A DNA stretch of 64,000 nt, from contig NC_083225.1 of assembly GCF_032191835.1 (NCBI RefSeq), positions 48,546,001 to 48,610,000 on the forward strand, in the 5' to 3' direction. This document shows positions 1-12,199 of the stretch, piece after piece. The position numbers and the translations under genes were made by a program. This DNA comes from Heteronotia binoei (taxonomy: Eukaryota). The number at the start of each line of letters is the position of its first letter. Position 1 is the first letter of the stretch. Below the pieces are notes generated by a model, which was not told the origin of the DNA, did no database searches, and saw only the letters and a program-made list of their open reading frames with translations.

Positions 1-373
1 CAAAAGCATTCAGGTAGATAGGGGGAAAACTGCTATCAAATGTCCTTTTCCTCTTCAAGTTGCGTATTTTGCACAGAACGTGTGATTTGTTCAGCATTGT
101 AGGCTTTATCAAAGCAGATAACATTTAACAACTTCCCTGGATAATCCATAAACAGGGGACTTGCTCTGCTTTTATACTATACTCGTTTGGACGTAACTGT
201 ACAATATTACGATGAACAGAAGTGTTTCTGTTTTTTTTAAGCAGGTAAAACTTGCTGTTTTGATCTTCAGGTAAGAATGTATTGATAGAATTTCCTTTGT
301 CAACCGGCTATGTTTGTATTCCACATGTAGCTGTTAAAATTTCTAAGTATTGTCAAGCATGGCCTTCAAATAG

Positions 374-461
374 AATAAAACAATAGGAGGAAATGATTTT
401 ACTATAAAGGAAATGCGAGTAACATTATACTGAAATAAAATTTTGATTTTTAAAAAATAAA
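374..461 (+). terminator. Cluster of three AATAAA polyadenylation signals; probable 3' end of an upstream + strand gene (identity not determinable from sequence)
   Basis: AATAAA at 374-379, 434-439 and 456-461, following AU-rich, repeat-free sequence that resembles a 3'UTR. Confidence 0.4.
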
Positions 462-1259
462 AGTCAACCATTGTGAATATTTTTTAAAATGCCTTAGAAC
501 ATGCTCTCCAAGTTCAATTGTGACTAGGCTAACTTTGTACCCAGTTGCTGAGTTAATATTGCTAGGTGAATCTCTCTGCACCGGCTTACTTGCCTGAAAA
601 GCCACCTCACAGAAAATTCAGGCCTGTTTTTGCAAAGCAAAGGGCAATGTTTTTCTTTTGTATATTCGTCCTGAATCTGATTGTATGTAGCACTGTAGCC
701 CATATGCCAGCTACATTCCTCAGATAGGCTTGTCCTTGTGCCTGGTTAGAAATGCCCATCTGACAACAGTTTGCATGCTTTTTCCTTGGTGAGTCAAGTC
801 TTCTGGAATGGCTTACCAGAGTGGATGCAAAAGGGCACCTTCACTTTATGCATTCAGTGGGATGAGCAGTATGGTTTTATTTCAGATGGTAAACCGTTTT
901 GTCAGGTCTGGCTGTATTTTTTTTAGCCTGTGCTTTTTAAAAAATCTTATGTTTTATGTGGGGAATGACCCGAGTGTGGGATAAAAAAAAAATTGTTTCA
1001 TTTTCCACACAGTTCATAACTGGCAAGAGTAACACCTCTCCATTACCTACATTGTTTACCTGCATTTTACTAATGCATGGTTTTGCCCATGGTCAATGCC
1101 ATATGTGCAAAACACCGTGATAGCTTTCCAACTGAATGTGGGATCTTCTCCCCCTGCCCCCCTAATTTAAATAGTCAGATGGTGTGAGGGTTATAGACAC
1201 CGGTGATAGGTCTCAAACTTCTAAAAATCCTGTCTACATCCTCAGATTGGACAAGATGA

Positions 1260-1776
1260 AAGGTGTGTACCCTGGAACTGTCTGACTCTATCCATGCTAA
1301 TGCAGAGTCCTAGCTAGAGATTTTATCTGCAATGTAATTAAATGTTCACAGAGGGTTGTAGAGCAGACCTCCTCCTGTGGGCCAGAACCTGATAGACCCT
1401 GATCTAATGGGAAAGTGCTGCAGGTCTACACTGTGCAGATGCAATGGTGGTGGAGAAATTCTGTTTTTCCACCAATGCCATGGCTTTCAAATGAGCCTAA
1501 CCCCATGCCTTATCAGTCAGTCATATTTATTACAGTCGTTAGACTGTCCATTGACTATTCTCCTTTTTACACTCTGAGTTGTTTTCTTAGGATATCATTG
1601 GATAAATTTTAAATCATAATTTATTATTGATAATTCAGCCTAAATTTTATCATGATTCATATAATTTTATTGTTGTATTGAATGTTTTATTGAGGTTTTT
1701 TTTTTCCTATTGTTGAGTCTGGCTGTTGGTTGCTATGGCATTTTGTTGCTAATGCAATAAAGATTGATTGATTGAT
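1260..1776 (+). mobile_element. Degraded 3' end of a non-LTR retrotransposon with (GATT)n tail
   Basis: AATAAA (1756-1761) directly followed by gattgattgattgat (1762-1776); upstream translation LCRCNGGGE..HQC resembles the C-terminal Cys/His knuckle of a LINE ORF2; 5' boundary approximate. Confidence 0.45.
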
Positions 1777-2529
1777 CCACGTACAGAAGAAAAAAAATGC
1801 AAAACAAAAGTTAAACGTTAAAAAGTATGCATTCTTATATACAAGCAGAGAGGAGAGATATGAAATATACCAATTATTCAAGTCCTGTATTTAAGTCTGG
1901 TTAATGCCTTGTCAGTTTCATACCAAGTCGTTGTAGGAAGGGTACTGGTTTTGGTGACCCAGATCCTTCTTTAGTTAGCAGAATGCATTTGGCTTTAACG
2001 CAGCAGTGCTTGTCCCAAATCTACCATGCACTTGCAAGACTACAAAGTTACACAGAGCAACGTTTCAAATTGAAGTGAAATAATAATTACTTTAGTCTAG
2101 AAATACATGTTCGATAGTGCAGGGTAGAAAGACAGAAACAGTTCCTATGTCATCTAACTAATAAATGGATGTGGATGCTGGGGGCACCCTGCTTCTTCAT
2201 CTTGTTTGCATGGAAGTGCAAGAGAGAGGAAATGGAAGGAAGTTGCCTTTCCTTAAAGAATGTTGATCTTCACGTCAAAGGGAGTCAGTGACAGTAGAGA
2301 GTAAACAGGAAGATGCTTAGTGTCTGCCTATCTGCCTGCAACTCTGTGGTCAGTTGCTTCTGGAGGTTGAGACACTGGGACATCACACCTGGTACTTCCA
2401 ACACTCGTTCCCCACTGCCACTCTAGCAGTCTCCTTTGTCCAATCCAATCCATTCACACCTTTATTGGCATAACGAAAAGAGATATACAGAGACTTGCCA
2501 ACCAAACAACAATCAGATATGTCTGTTCA

Positions 2530-4200
2530 AAGCATAAAAGGCTAGACTAAGATTAAAATCACAATAAAATCTGCTTAGAATAATTTTTAACAATTTCAAC
2601 CAAGAATTTGGCAACAGCTTTTGTGATATTGATTATGTTGCCATTTAATAGGAAATGGCAATCAATCCTATTTTCTTGAATGTAGGACGGCAAAGAAAGG
2701 CTATCTAACAGAACCTTCCGAAGATTAGTATACAGTTGGCAGTTCAATAAAATATGCTGGATGGAATCTGGCGAGCTTGACCCGCATAGACAATGTCTCT
2801 CGCTAAAGGGGACTTGAAGAAATCTCCCATAGAGAACATTGCTAAGAAGCAGTCTAAGATGGGGGATTGTTTAGTCTCCAATACCAAACAAAAAGCTTCT
2901 TCGACTGCTTTTGTTATTGAAACTACAAATCGCTTTTCTCCTTTGGAGTGTGAGATCGAGGAGGAGGCAATTAGCACTTTCGCTCAGAAGGACAAGGAGG
3001 ATGAGGCTGACCCGAGGCATTTAAAAACACAGCAGACTCTTTCTGATAATGAGGACGTTATTAATTCCTCATTTGGGCAAGCACTCCTTGAACTTACTGC
3101 CAGAACAGTTAAAACCCTCTTTGAAAACATAAAAAATATCGAAGATAGGGTTTCAAACCTGGCATCTGATAAAAAACTGCTAATTAATGCAACCAGGGAA
3201 ATTCATCAATTTCAGCTGTCCTCAAAAATTCCAATGGCTCAAGAAAATTTAGAGTCAAAGTCTAAAGCCTCCTCAGTATTCAACTCTGATCTAGATGTAG
3301 TTGGCAAATACAGTAAAAAATCACAAAAATTGATTTTTTTTCAACCAAATAAGGTCTAACAATCTGCTGCTACAGAGGTAGGATTTCGAAATGGAGGAAC
3401 AGTCACTTAATTAAATCTCATCTCTGTGAAGTTCTCCAGATTAATTATCAGAGAATAGATTTGTTTAACATGGAATTTTTAAACCATTCATTTCAGCCAC
3501 AGAGAATTTTATTGACTTTTAAAACCCCTGATATTTCTGTTCTAATTCAGAAGCAGAAAAAGTTTCTCTGGACAAAGGGAATATTCCCAGCTCACTGTTT
3601 TGTAAATGCTACAATGGCTGAACCACTCCTGACTCTCTCTAAAATAAAGAAGTTTTCCAAGTCCCAAGGAAAGCCAACAATTCCAGAAGATCCACAGCTG
3701 GCTACACCCAACAGAAAGTCCCTGATGGGTCTCAGTAGAAGGACTTCAGAGATTCCAGTGTACAAGGATGAACAATCTCCTTTGTCTTTTCATTGTTTAC
3801 AGCCCATCAGTAAACCCAGGGGCTTCCCAGGCCTTTAGACCTTTAGAGAGAAAGTTGACACAATTTTGTATCAATTGCCTAAGTCATTCCCTCCTCCCAG
3901 AGGTTAACCAGGTCACCAACCATATCAACAGGAGACACCCCTGATGCCATCTGAAAACTACTTGGATCTATGATTGCCTCCCCCAGCAGCCTAAAAATAA
4001 TCCATGAAATGTTGTCTCTGAGGGACTTTGGAGGTCTGTACCAGGAGAAGAGAATCAGCAAAAATCGGTCCCCTTCTGTAAACAGAAATGTGATGGAAGA
4101 TGCAAGCCAAAGTATCATTATACAATGGTTACATATGTGCAAACTGGCTTTTCATTGCAGTTGGAGACATTTAAATATCTTGTTTGGAAAGAAGTGTCCA
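2530..4200 (+). mobile_element. Degraded LINE: frameshifted ORF1-like region (2793-3838) plus a small RT remnant
   Basis: ORF 2793-3359 (TTNRFSPLE motif, predicted coiled coil) continues after a frameshift near 3355 as LTICCYRGRISKWRNSHL..RILLTFK into ORF 3461-3838; ETFKYL at 4164-4181 matches the RT xFKYLG motif. Confidence 0.55.
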
Positions 4201-4348
4201 ATGATGCAGCTTGAAGGCCGCTAGTCAAGATGGGGCACAACAAATTATTCTTGCTCATATTCTATCAATGTTGGGATTGAGCCTCCTCCACTTTCCACAC
4301 ACATGAGATGGATCGAGCCGTCTGCCAGTGGAAGCTGCTGGTGGTTGT

Positions 4349-4837
4349 TAGGGTTGCCAAGTCCAATTCAATAAATATTTGGGAACTTTGGGTGTGGATC
4401 CAGGAGACATTTGGGGAGGAGCCAGGGACAAGGTTATGACAAGCAGAATTGAACTTCAAAGGGGTTCTGGCCATCACATTTAAAGGGACCAAACACACCA
4501 TTGAAAAAAATGAAGGATAGGGGCACCTTCTTTCGGGGATCATAGAATTGGACCCCCTGGTCCAATCTTTTCGAAACTTGGAGGGTCTTTTGAGGAAAGG
4601 CACCTGATGCTATGCTGAAATTTTGGTACCTCTACCTCAAAAAAGCCCAGCCCTCTCCAGATACCCACAGATCAATTCTCCATTATACCCTATGGGAATC
4701 AGTCTCCATAGGAAATAATGGTGTGCTCAGCAGACATTTCCCTTCCCCCCCCCCTCTGCTTTCTGATGACCCTGAAGCAGGGGGAGGGCCTCCAAACCAG
4801 GAGATCACCTGCCCCCACCTGGGGATTGGCAACCCTA
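4349..4837. mobile_element. hAT (Tip100-like) MITE, TAGGGTTGCCAA TIR family, long form
   Basis: Perfect 12-bp TIRs TAGGGTTGCCAA/TTGGCAACCCTA; perfect 8-bp TSD GTGGTTGT (4341-4348, 4838-4845); homologous copies at 20214 and 45027. Confidence 0.9.
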
Positions 4838-5774
4838 GTGGTTGTGAATCTCTCCTGTGCTCCTCACAGCAGCCCATTTGACTCTGAGAAAAGTAGTTCC
4901 CAAGAGGTCATGGATCATGTGGATTTAATAGCACAATGGAAGAGGGGGCCCTTCCTTTCCCTCAGTGCAAACCACATCCCCCAACACACACTCATGGAGC
5001 TATTAATCTAGAAGAGGCCTGCGATCCTGGAAATCCGCTTTCCTGGGGTGAGAGAAAGGGTAATGTGGAGGAAATCTATGATCCTTGTGCTGGATTCAGC
5101 TTTTCTTGTCTTTGCATGCCTAAAACCCTCCTTAACAAAACGTATTGTTCAGTACTGAGAATTTGGAGCAGGTTCAATTCCAAAGGAAGAGGCTGCTGGG
5201 GTTCCTTCTAGGTCTCATAAGCAAGTACTTGCACTGTTGCCAGCGCTGTGTCCTTACATAACCACAGCCACTGTAGTGTCCTGAAATATACTGTGTCTCT
5301 TTTTAGAATCTACCACTACAACTTTTGGATGCAAAGGCCTTTAAACAGATGGCCTTGGTAACTGAGTTCAAGTCCTGACTTGAACTCTGTGTCAGTCTTA
5401 CATAGGTCTTTCATTTCTGTCTCTTCCTTAGGTAGGAAATCTCTCTTCTGTGTGTGCGTAATGTACTTTGCAGGAGTTTTACATATACTGCTTCTTGTGC
5501 TTCTAAACTATTTGAACGTACTGTTTACTTTTTAATCTCATTTTCTTAATCTTGGGCTCACCAGTGAGATGAAGGACAGCCAAGCCTGGACAAGGTTAAC
5601 AGGAAGTCAAGGAGAAAGTACTGAAGATGTGAAAAAGGAGGCAGCATTTAAAAATGCCAAGGGGCTCTGCAGTTGGCAGAACTAGCCAGCACTGTAGCGT
5701 CGTCAGCATGGATCAGTGTCCATGATCCTCTCATCACAATCACCCTTGCTACTCCCTCCTCTCTCCCCACATTT

Positions 5775-6048
5775 GAGAGCCAGTTTGGTGTAGCAGTTAA
5801 ATGTGTGTGTAGCAGTTAAGTGTGTGGACTCTTATCTGGGAGAACCCAGTTTTGATTCTCCACTCCTCCACTTGCAGCTGTTGGAATGGGTCAGCCATAG
5901 CTCTTGCAAAAGTTGTCCTTGAAAGGGCAGCATTGTGAGAGCTCTCTCAGCCCCACCTGAGAGAAAGAAGATAAAGGAGATTATAAACCACTCTGAGACT
6001 CTTGATTCAGAGAGAAGGGCGGGGTATAAATCTACGGTCTTCTTCTTC
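5775..6048 (+). mobile_element. tRNA-headed MIR-derived SINE (Squam3-like)
   Basis: Head gagagccagtttggtgtag..., B-box-like agtttgattct, 3' gggcggggtataaat and (TCT)n tail; many copies in window. Confidence 0.85.
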
Positions 6049-6924
6049 AAAAGACCCAAGTATCATGGGAACCCCCAGAATGATAGTGCCCTTGATTCAT
6101 GAACATATGTAGCAAAACAAATTGGATCTCTTTGTAGATTCAGTCAGTCTTCAAAATTGCTGTATTAACAATAGGAATGTTTCTTAGACCTGTCTGTCAC
6201 ATGCATTTGACATACCATCCTACGGTTACTCAACTCTTTGTGACTCCATGAATGGTCTCCATATTCTGCCTGTGGTTTTGATCTGTGATGGCCTATTCAT
6301 ACATGGAAATAATCACTTAGTGCAGAGCTGTATGCATGAATCAGCTATCATTTGAAGGGCTCCCTCTCCCGGAATGTAACAGAATTTTCATCTTCCTAAT
6401 GTGCTCCTTTTTCAGTAGCTTCCCTTTTCCTTTGGAACAGCTTTCTGGAAGAAGTGAATGACAGCTTACCCCCTTCCTTATCTTCTGACAGAGTTGCAAA
6501 TCTGAAGGATTTAAAATGGCATTTTGAACACACTGAATATTATTTTGGGGTTAAAACCTTTTTTTTGAAGCTACAGGGGTTGACATGGGATTGTGTGTGA
6601 TCTAGGTTTATAAATAAACTGTTTGGCTGAGTGTATGTATTGCCGTTATAATAAATTTATTTTAAAATGTTTATTTTTTTAAAGCATTAAACTGTTGTAT
6701 AGAATATCATGTACTTTTAAATATTATACTGCTTTATTATTTCTCTGTTCTATGTTGCTATATGCTTGCGCCCCAACTATGTTGAAAGGAGGTTATTCCA
6801 ATATGCTGTACAGAAGGTAAACATTTATCTTGCCTCGCGTTTCCAAAGAGAGTACTGTAAAAGAGCAAAGCTGCAGATGAATACAGCTGCTCTTCTGGTC
6901 TGCAGTAAAACAGCTGGATTTGAG

Positions 6925-7022
6925 CCCAGGTGTACCTTAGAGACCAAGGGGGTCTTCAGGGTACAAGCTTTTGAGAGTGAAACTCATACCCTGAACATCT
7001 TGGTCTCTGAGACACTCCTGGG
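6925..7022. repeat. Penelope terminal-repeat-derived inverted repeat
   Basis: Arms cccaggtgtaccttagagaccaag / cttggtctctgagacactcctggg meet at aagcttttgagagtgaaactcatacc. Confidence 0.55.
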
Positions 7023-7356
7023 ACTGAAGCTAGTTGTTCAGGAACCTGACCCGGTTAAAATTCACCTTTGTTTTCTTGGACTGGGGGAATAGAGTGCCAC
7101 CTTGTGGCCCAGGGGCTGGAATGCATGGCTTGATTTTATTTTCATGGTTTTGGGACTTTTTTCAGCTCTGAAATGATGACATCCTTATTTGGAGCTCCTG
7201 GCAGAGAGAGATAGTTGCTTCAAAGTAATACGTGTGCTCACTCTCTCAAGAATAACCCTGTCCTGAGACTCACAGCAGCTTTTAGGCAACAGTTATTTCC
7301 CTGGATGTAAAAATGCATGCACAGCCTGGCCTAGCTGAGGATCTGTCTTCTCTATG

Positions 7357-7603
7357 TAGGGTCACCAGGTCCCTCATGGCCACTGCCAGAGGATGAGGAG
7401 GAGTCAGGTTGCCACATCCAGGTTGGAAAACTGGAGACTTGGGGATGGAGCCTGAGGAGGGCAGGGACGTCAGTGGGGTGCAATGCCACAGAGTCCATCC
7501 TCCAAACCAACCTCTTTTCTCTGGGGGAACTGAGCTCTGTAGTCTGGAGATGAGCTGTAATTACAGGAGATCCTCAGGTCCCACCTGGAGGCTGCCATTC
7601 CTA
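7357..7603. mobile_element. hAT MITE, TAGGGTTGCCAG short form
   Basis: Degenerate TIRs tagggtcaccag/ctgccattccta; TSD TCTCTATG/TCCCTATG (7/8). Confidence 0.8.
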
Positions 7604-7774
7604 TCCCTATGAACCCCACTTTTATATTTAAAAAGTGAAACTGCCTCTCCCCATATTTCTCTAAGCAGAAAAAGCTGGAATTATTTTAAAGATGCTGCAA
7701 GATTTTAAAATTGCAAATCTTTTTTTTTTATGGGAGTGTTGGAAATTCACAAGGGGAACTTAGTAGGAGTCAAG

Positions 7775-7938
7775 TTGCACCAAAAAAACCAACAAAGTTT
7801 TATTCAGAATGCTTTCATGTAGTGTAAGCACACTTCATCAGACGAGGAATCAGATACAGTGTTGGTCTTAAAGGTGAAGCTTGACTCCTACTTTGTTCTA
7901 CTGCTTCATATCAACATGGCTGCCCACTTGGATCTATC
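7775..7938. repeat. Penelope terminal-repeat-derived inverted repeat with hammerhead-like core remnant
   Basis: accaacaaagttttattcagaat arm and ttggtcttaaaggtg..gactc arm; minus strand CTGATGA (7841-7835) and GAAA (7816-7813). Confidence 0.6.
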
Positions 7939-9044
7939 TACAAGGGGAACTTGTGAGTGAAATAGTGACTAAAACATGGAGGGCCTTGAACACTTTCAAA
8001 AGCACCATACAAATGTGTTAATCACAGCAAATAGAGATGGTGCCCTGGATCCTGTGCACCATTTCCTTGCACACTAAAGTAGTATCTGCTGCACAGCACA
8101 CTTTCCCTTTTGCTTGTCATTCTGTTTAACAAGATCAGTGGGTTTCTATGAGCCGTTGAAATATACAGGCATGCAATATACAAAGAGTCCTACAATCAAC
8201 AAGCTCTTCTGTGAAGTCTGACATTTTTAAAACTGATTGAGCCTATTATAGAATGTCCTGGTCAAAACCATTAAGCAGAGACCTATTGAGATAAGAAACA
8301 TCTGCAGAAACTGCAATGTTATCTTCCTTCTGCATGCTATGTTAACATGGGTGGAATGAAAGATGATCCACAATAAAATTGGGTGTGTGTGTGGTGAGAA
8401 ACAGGTAGGTTCACACCAGTTTGGCTTGTGTACAATGAAGAACAGTCTCTTCTTTCCCCTTGCACCAATGTTACAGAAAAATCCAGTTTAGCACTTGCTC
8501 ATAGCTATGTCTCTCATATGTGTTATCCCAATTGTTTGGCCATAGTTTTATGGAATTCAGGTGACAATTGTGTTTGTGATCATTAAAACTATTCCATATA
8601 CAAATCTTTCAGTCCAGTAAATTCAGGCCCATAAGAGCATTTTTTAAAACCCGGACCAGACCTTGGGAATATGTTATCTCTAGCAAAACAGAGATGCCAA
8701 TTTATGTATGTTGGTGAACTGCACATACAGATTAACCCAGCATGTATCCTCTCCAAAGGGGTAGAGGGACATGCAGATCAGGCAAGTAATGTGTATAGTG
8801 TACATACCATTCCACCATTTCAAACAGGTTTATCATTTGTGTGGTTCTGCACACACCTATGTTCCTAATGCTGGAACCCTCCATGCAAATGATGTTACTG
8901 TGGACCTAAATTCTGGATTGAACCATAGTCTCCCTAAGCATGTGCTACATGTGATTTATTTGTCAGATGCTATATTTTTGCTACTTATCCATTTCTGTAA
9001 TCACATTAGCAGTGGGATGTCAAGAACAGACTAGGCATTGGGAA

Positions 9045-9238
9045 CATTGTTCCCTCTAAGCTGAGTTAGTGTGAGCTAGCTCATTGGTTTTTAGCCTCTG
9101 GCTTGCATATTTTTGTCTTGGCTCAGGAAAAATGACCCCAGAGCAAACTGATTTATGCAGTAGCTCGCAATTTTAATGCCAGTAGCTCATAAAGTAGAAT
9201 TTTTGCCCACAAGACTCCACAGCTTAGAGGGAGTGTTG
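9045..9238. mobile_element. hAT MITE, CAGTGTTCCCTCTAAG TIR family
   Basis: TIRs cattgttccctctaagctg/cagcttagagggagtgttg; TSD ATTGGGAA/GTTGGGAA; second copy at 26240. Confidence 0.85.
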
Positions 9239-9302
9239 GTTGGGAACTTATATTTTTAAAAAGAATGATGACTTAATTCAGCAACAATACAAATAAAATA
9301 TG

Positions 9303-9450
9303 CGGGGGTTATTTTGTAGAAAAATAGGTGGTGAAGCTCATCCAGGGATTGTTATGCAACTGCACATACTATTCAGTGGACAAGGAGGTGGAACTCTCAG
9401 AAGGGTTCAGGAGCTGTGTTCCTGTGAGCTTCCACTGAATCTGAGGCCTG
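9303..9450. mobile_element. ~148-bp hAT MITE (CAGGGGTC...GGCCTG family)
   Basis: Near-identical to 19983-20130; TSD AAAATATG/AAAATCTG (7/8). Confidence 0.85.
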
Positions 9451-10431
9451 AAAATCTGTGTTTTGATACCACCTTGATTGTGGCATGTCATGAATGGTAC
9501 ATTTCTTTACAAAGCCATGACAAGAGTCTGTTGATACTTGAAATTCTCATTGTGCTAAGAATGGGCACTAATAAGAAAGTCAGAACAATTCTGTGAACTG
9601 AACTATCTCTGCCCACAGAGCACAGCTTCCTTTCTTCCTGGGAGCAACATTCTGGAGAGCAGAAGGGGGGAAAGTGCTCTGTTCAAAGAAATTGTTCCAC
9701 CCCAGAAATGCTCCAGTGGATCAAAGCCCATTAAACTAAGGGAAAGTTTCATCAGTGGTTGTTGCAGGACACCCGCATGATTCCAAGTTTACCTGTTCAC
9801 TCTTTTCTTAAGCTTGCTTTATATTGGCACAAAGTGGAAACAAGCCATTTTACTGTACTTGCGAATCAAGGCTTTATTTAATCTTAACATTTGCAGAAGA
9901 CTGAATTAAGACATAGCATTGTTCGGACTGTTGCCTTTAGTAAGATTGATGAGCTTTCAAATGGCTGCCGCTTGGATATTCTGTTCCGAGAAACAAAAAT
10001 TCTATACCTGATTTACAACTTGTAAAAGGGAAGGTTGATCTTCTAACTGCAATAATGATTGCCTGACCCATCCAGGAAAGGGTATTGGTTTCCAAGTGAA
10101 TTATGACTTTATTATCTATAGCTACCCCCCACCGGCTTGCAAAAGCAAAGTCAGTGTGTAGCATTTCATATCTGTGTGACACAGTCCTTTGTTAGTGTTC
10201 TGGGAGGCTGCAATACCAATGCTCTGTAATTGATAGGCCGTCACTGTTTTAATGAGCTTCTGACTAATTTCCACCTTCCTGCACAATAGCTCTTGTTTTC
10301 TAGGTTTGTGCTTTCTTGTCCTGAGGAGAATGTGAGGCTGAGCAGCCTGTACATTTATATTCCACATAGGCAATTCTTTCGTACCTCATCCAGGCAAGCA
10401 AGCTGCTTTGGGCAGCTATTATTTAGATTTA

Positions 10432-10620
10432 TGGTGTAGTGATTAAAGTGTCCAGACTAGGATTTGGGAAGCCCAGGTTGAATCTCCACTCTACTGTGGC
10501 AGCTTCCTCAGGGCTGGTCTCACTCCCAGCCTAATCTACCTGGCTGCGGGGAGGATAAAATGGAGAAATGGAGAACAGCGTTAGGAAAAGAGAAAAGTGG
10601 GCTATAAATGAAATAAAAGC
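10432..10620 (+). mobile_element. Old MIR/Squam3-like SINE
   Basis: tggtgtagtgattaa A-box, ggttgaatctcc B-box, MIR-like core. Confidence 0.6.
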
Positions 10621-10644
10621 AGAAATAATAAATAAAAATGTATT

Positions 10645-10715
10645 TAATAATTTTTAATAATAATTTTTAATTTATATCCCGCCTTCCCCGCTGAAGCAGG
10701 CTCAGGGCGGCTAAT
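10645..10715 (-). mobile_element. Severely 5'-truncated L2 3' tail
   Basis: tatatcccgccttccccgctgaagcaggctcagggcggcta matches the 3' end of the L2 at 22150-22195. Confidence 0.75.
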
Positions 10716-10800
10716 AAGATAGTTGATAGTTTGGCAGACCATTTGATTTTTGAGATATAACAAAACCTTTGTTATATGCAAACATTTAAGAGTCGTGCCA

Positions 10801-11340
10801 GGATGCATCCACAGGGTAATGTATCCCTGTTGTGAACTCATTTTTTATACGAATAGAGCATCCACCTGAGCACTTCTTATGCACTTTCCTTGGCCAAGGA
10901 TGGCCATGCTGCCATTTCCATTCATCTGCTGTACCATCTGAGTGCTTTTGGACAGCTTTTTAAAAACATTGGGAGCCAAATGCCAATGTTTTTTAAAAAG
11001 CTGTCAAAAAGTCCTCCAATGGTACTGTAGCAATTACCTTTTTAAAAAGCCCTCGTGGTGGAGAAAATGGCAGCTGTGAGGTACACATGATGGTAAAATG
11101 TCATTGATGTGGGCAAGAGGTTCAGAAATATAACCCCTCCCATCCAGACAATGTGCTAATCCACTGGAACTGTGATCTTTTGGGAACTTCAATAGCAAAG
11201 CAGGTTTGGGGAAGACTGGCCCATGGCAGGGAAAAAACTGAATACTGCATGATTGGAGGGTGGTGTTGTGTGGATGCGCCAAAAAACACTGCTCCAGTTG
11301 GGAAGCCAAGGTGGATGAAAACAGCCACATGGATGCAGCC
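10801..11340. mobile_element. Degraded fold-back MITE (possibly PIF/Harbinger-like)
   Basis: Core stem gacagctttttaaaaacattgg (10951-10972) / ccaatgttttttaaaaagctgtc (10983-11005), outer arms to 10908-11074; putative TIRs ggatgcatccaca / tggatgcagcc followed by TTA. Confidence 0.4.
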
Positions 11341-12199
11341 TTAGTATAAATTGGTTACTGATCCAGCGCTAGAAAATTATGTCAGCTGATTTTATATTGG
11401 TTCACCATCTGAAAATATACCTAATCATTCTTGAGATCAGAATGCATGTTGATGGCCATTGTATTTGTTCACTAGTGAACTATAAATCAACTTTGTGGTA
11501 GAAAAAAATGAAATAACTAAACAAATCAATTTCTGTGGATCAATTAAAAAAACTATCTTGTGCTTGCCATTAATAACTTAATCAAAGTGGTTTACATTGT
11601 ATCTTAAATATCTAACATAATGGCTTATTCATTGGCTATCTAGAACAATGAAGTATCGGTTAGGTCCCGAATAGTGTTTGATGTATATCTTGAATCCAAA
11701 CTATAGTTGTATATCTTTAATCTGATGTATATCTTTAATCCAAACTAAACTATATATCCAATAGTGTTTGATGTATATCTTGAATCACAAATGGAGTACA
11801 GTTGTAAAGATGCTTGTTTTATATCTCCCTTCCCTCTACGCCGCCTTGGGCTGCATCATGTATCTTTCCTGAGAGTTCCTCGTCCTTAGGAGAGGCTTTT
11901 TAGGAGGCACAGAGACAATGCACAAGGGGTATGAAACTGCATTAAGCAGAGGTAAGACACTGGGATCTTAGATAAGACAAAAAAAAATAGTTCTCTTATC
12001 CACTTATTCAGTTATCAAAGAAGAAAATTAGATTTTGTCTGGGATGTTTTCTTTTAAACAAATCCAGGCTGCATGTTATTAATTACACAGCTGTTCTCTA
12101 GCTGCTTAGGGCATTAATTAGGATTGTCTTGTTATCTGTTCTGTAATGAGCAACTGGGGCTGAGGAACTTCTGGAGAGGAATCAGAGCCTATCCCCTCT

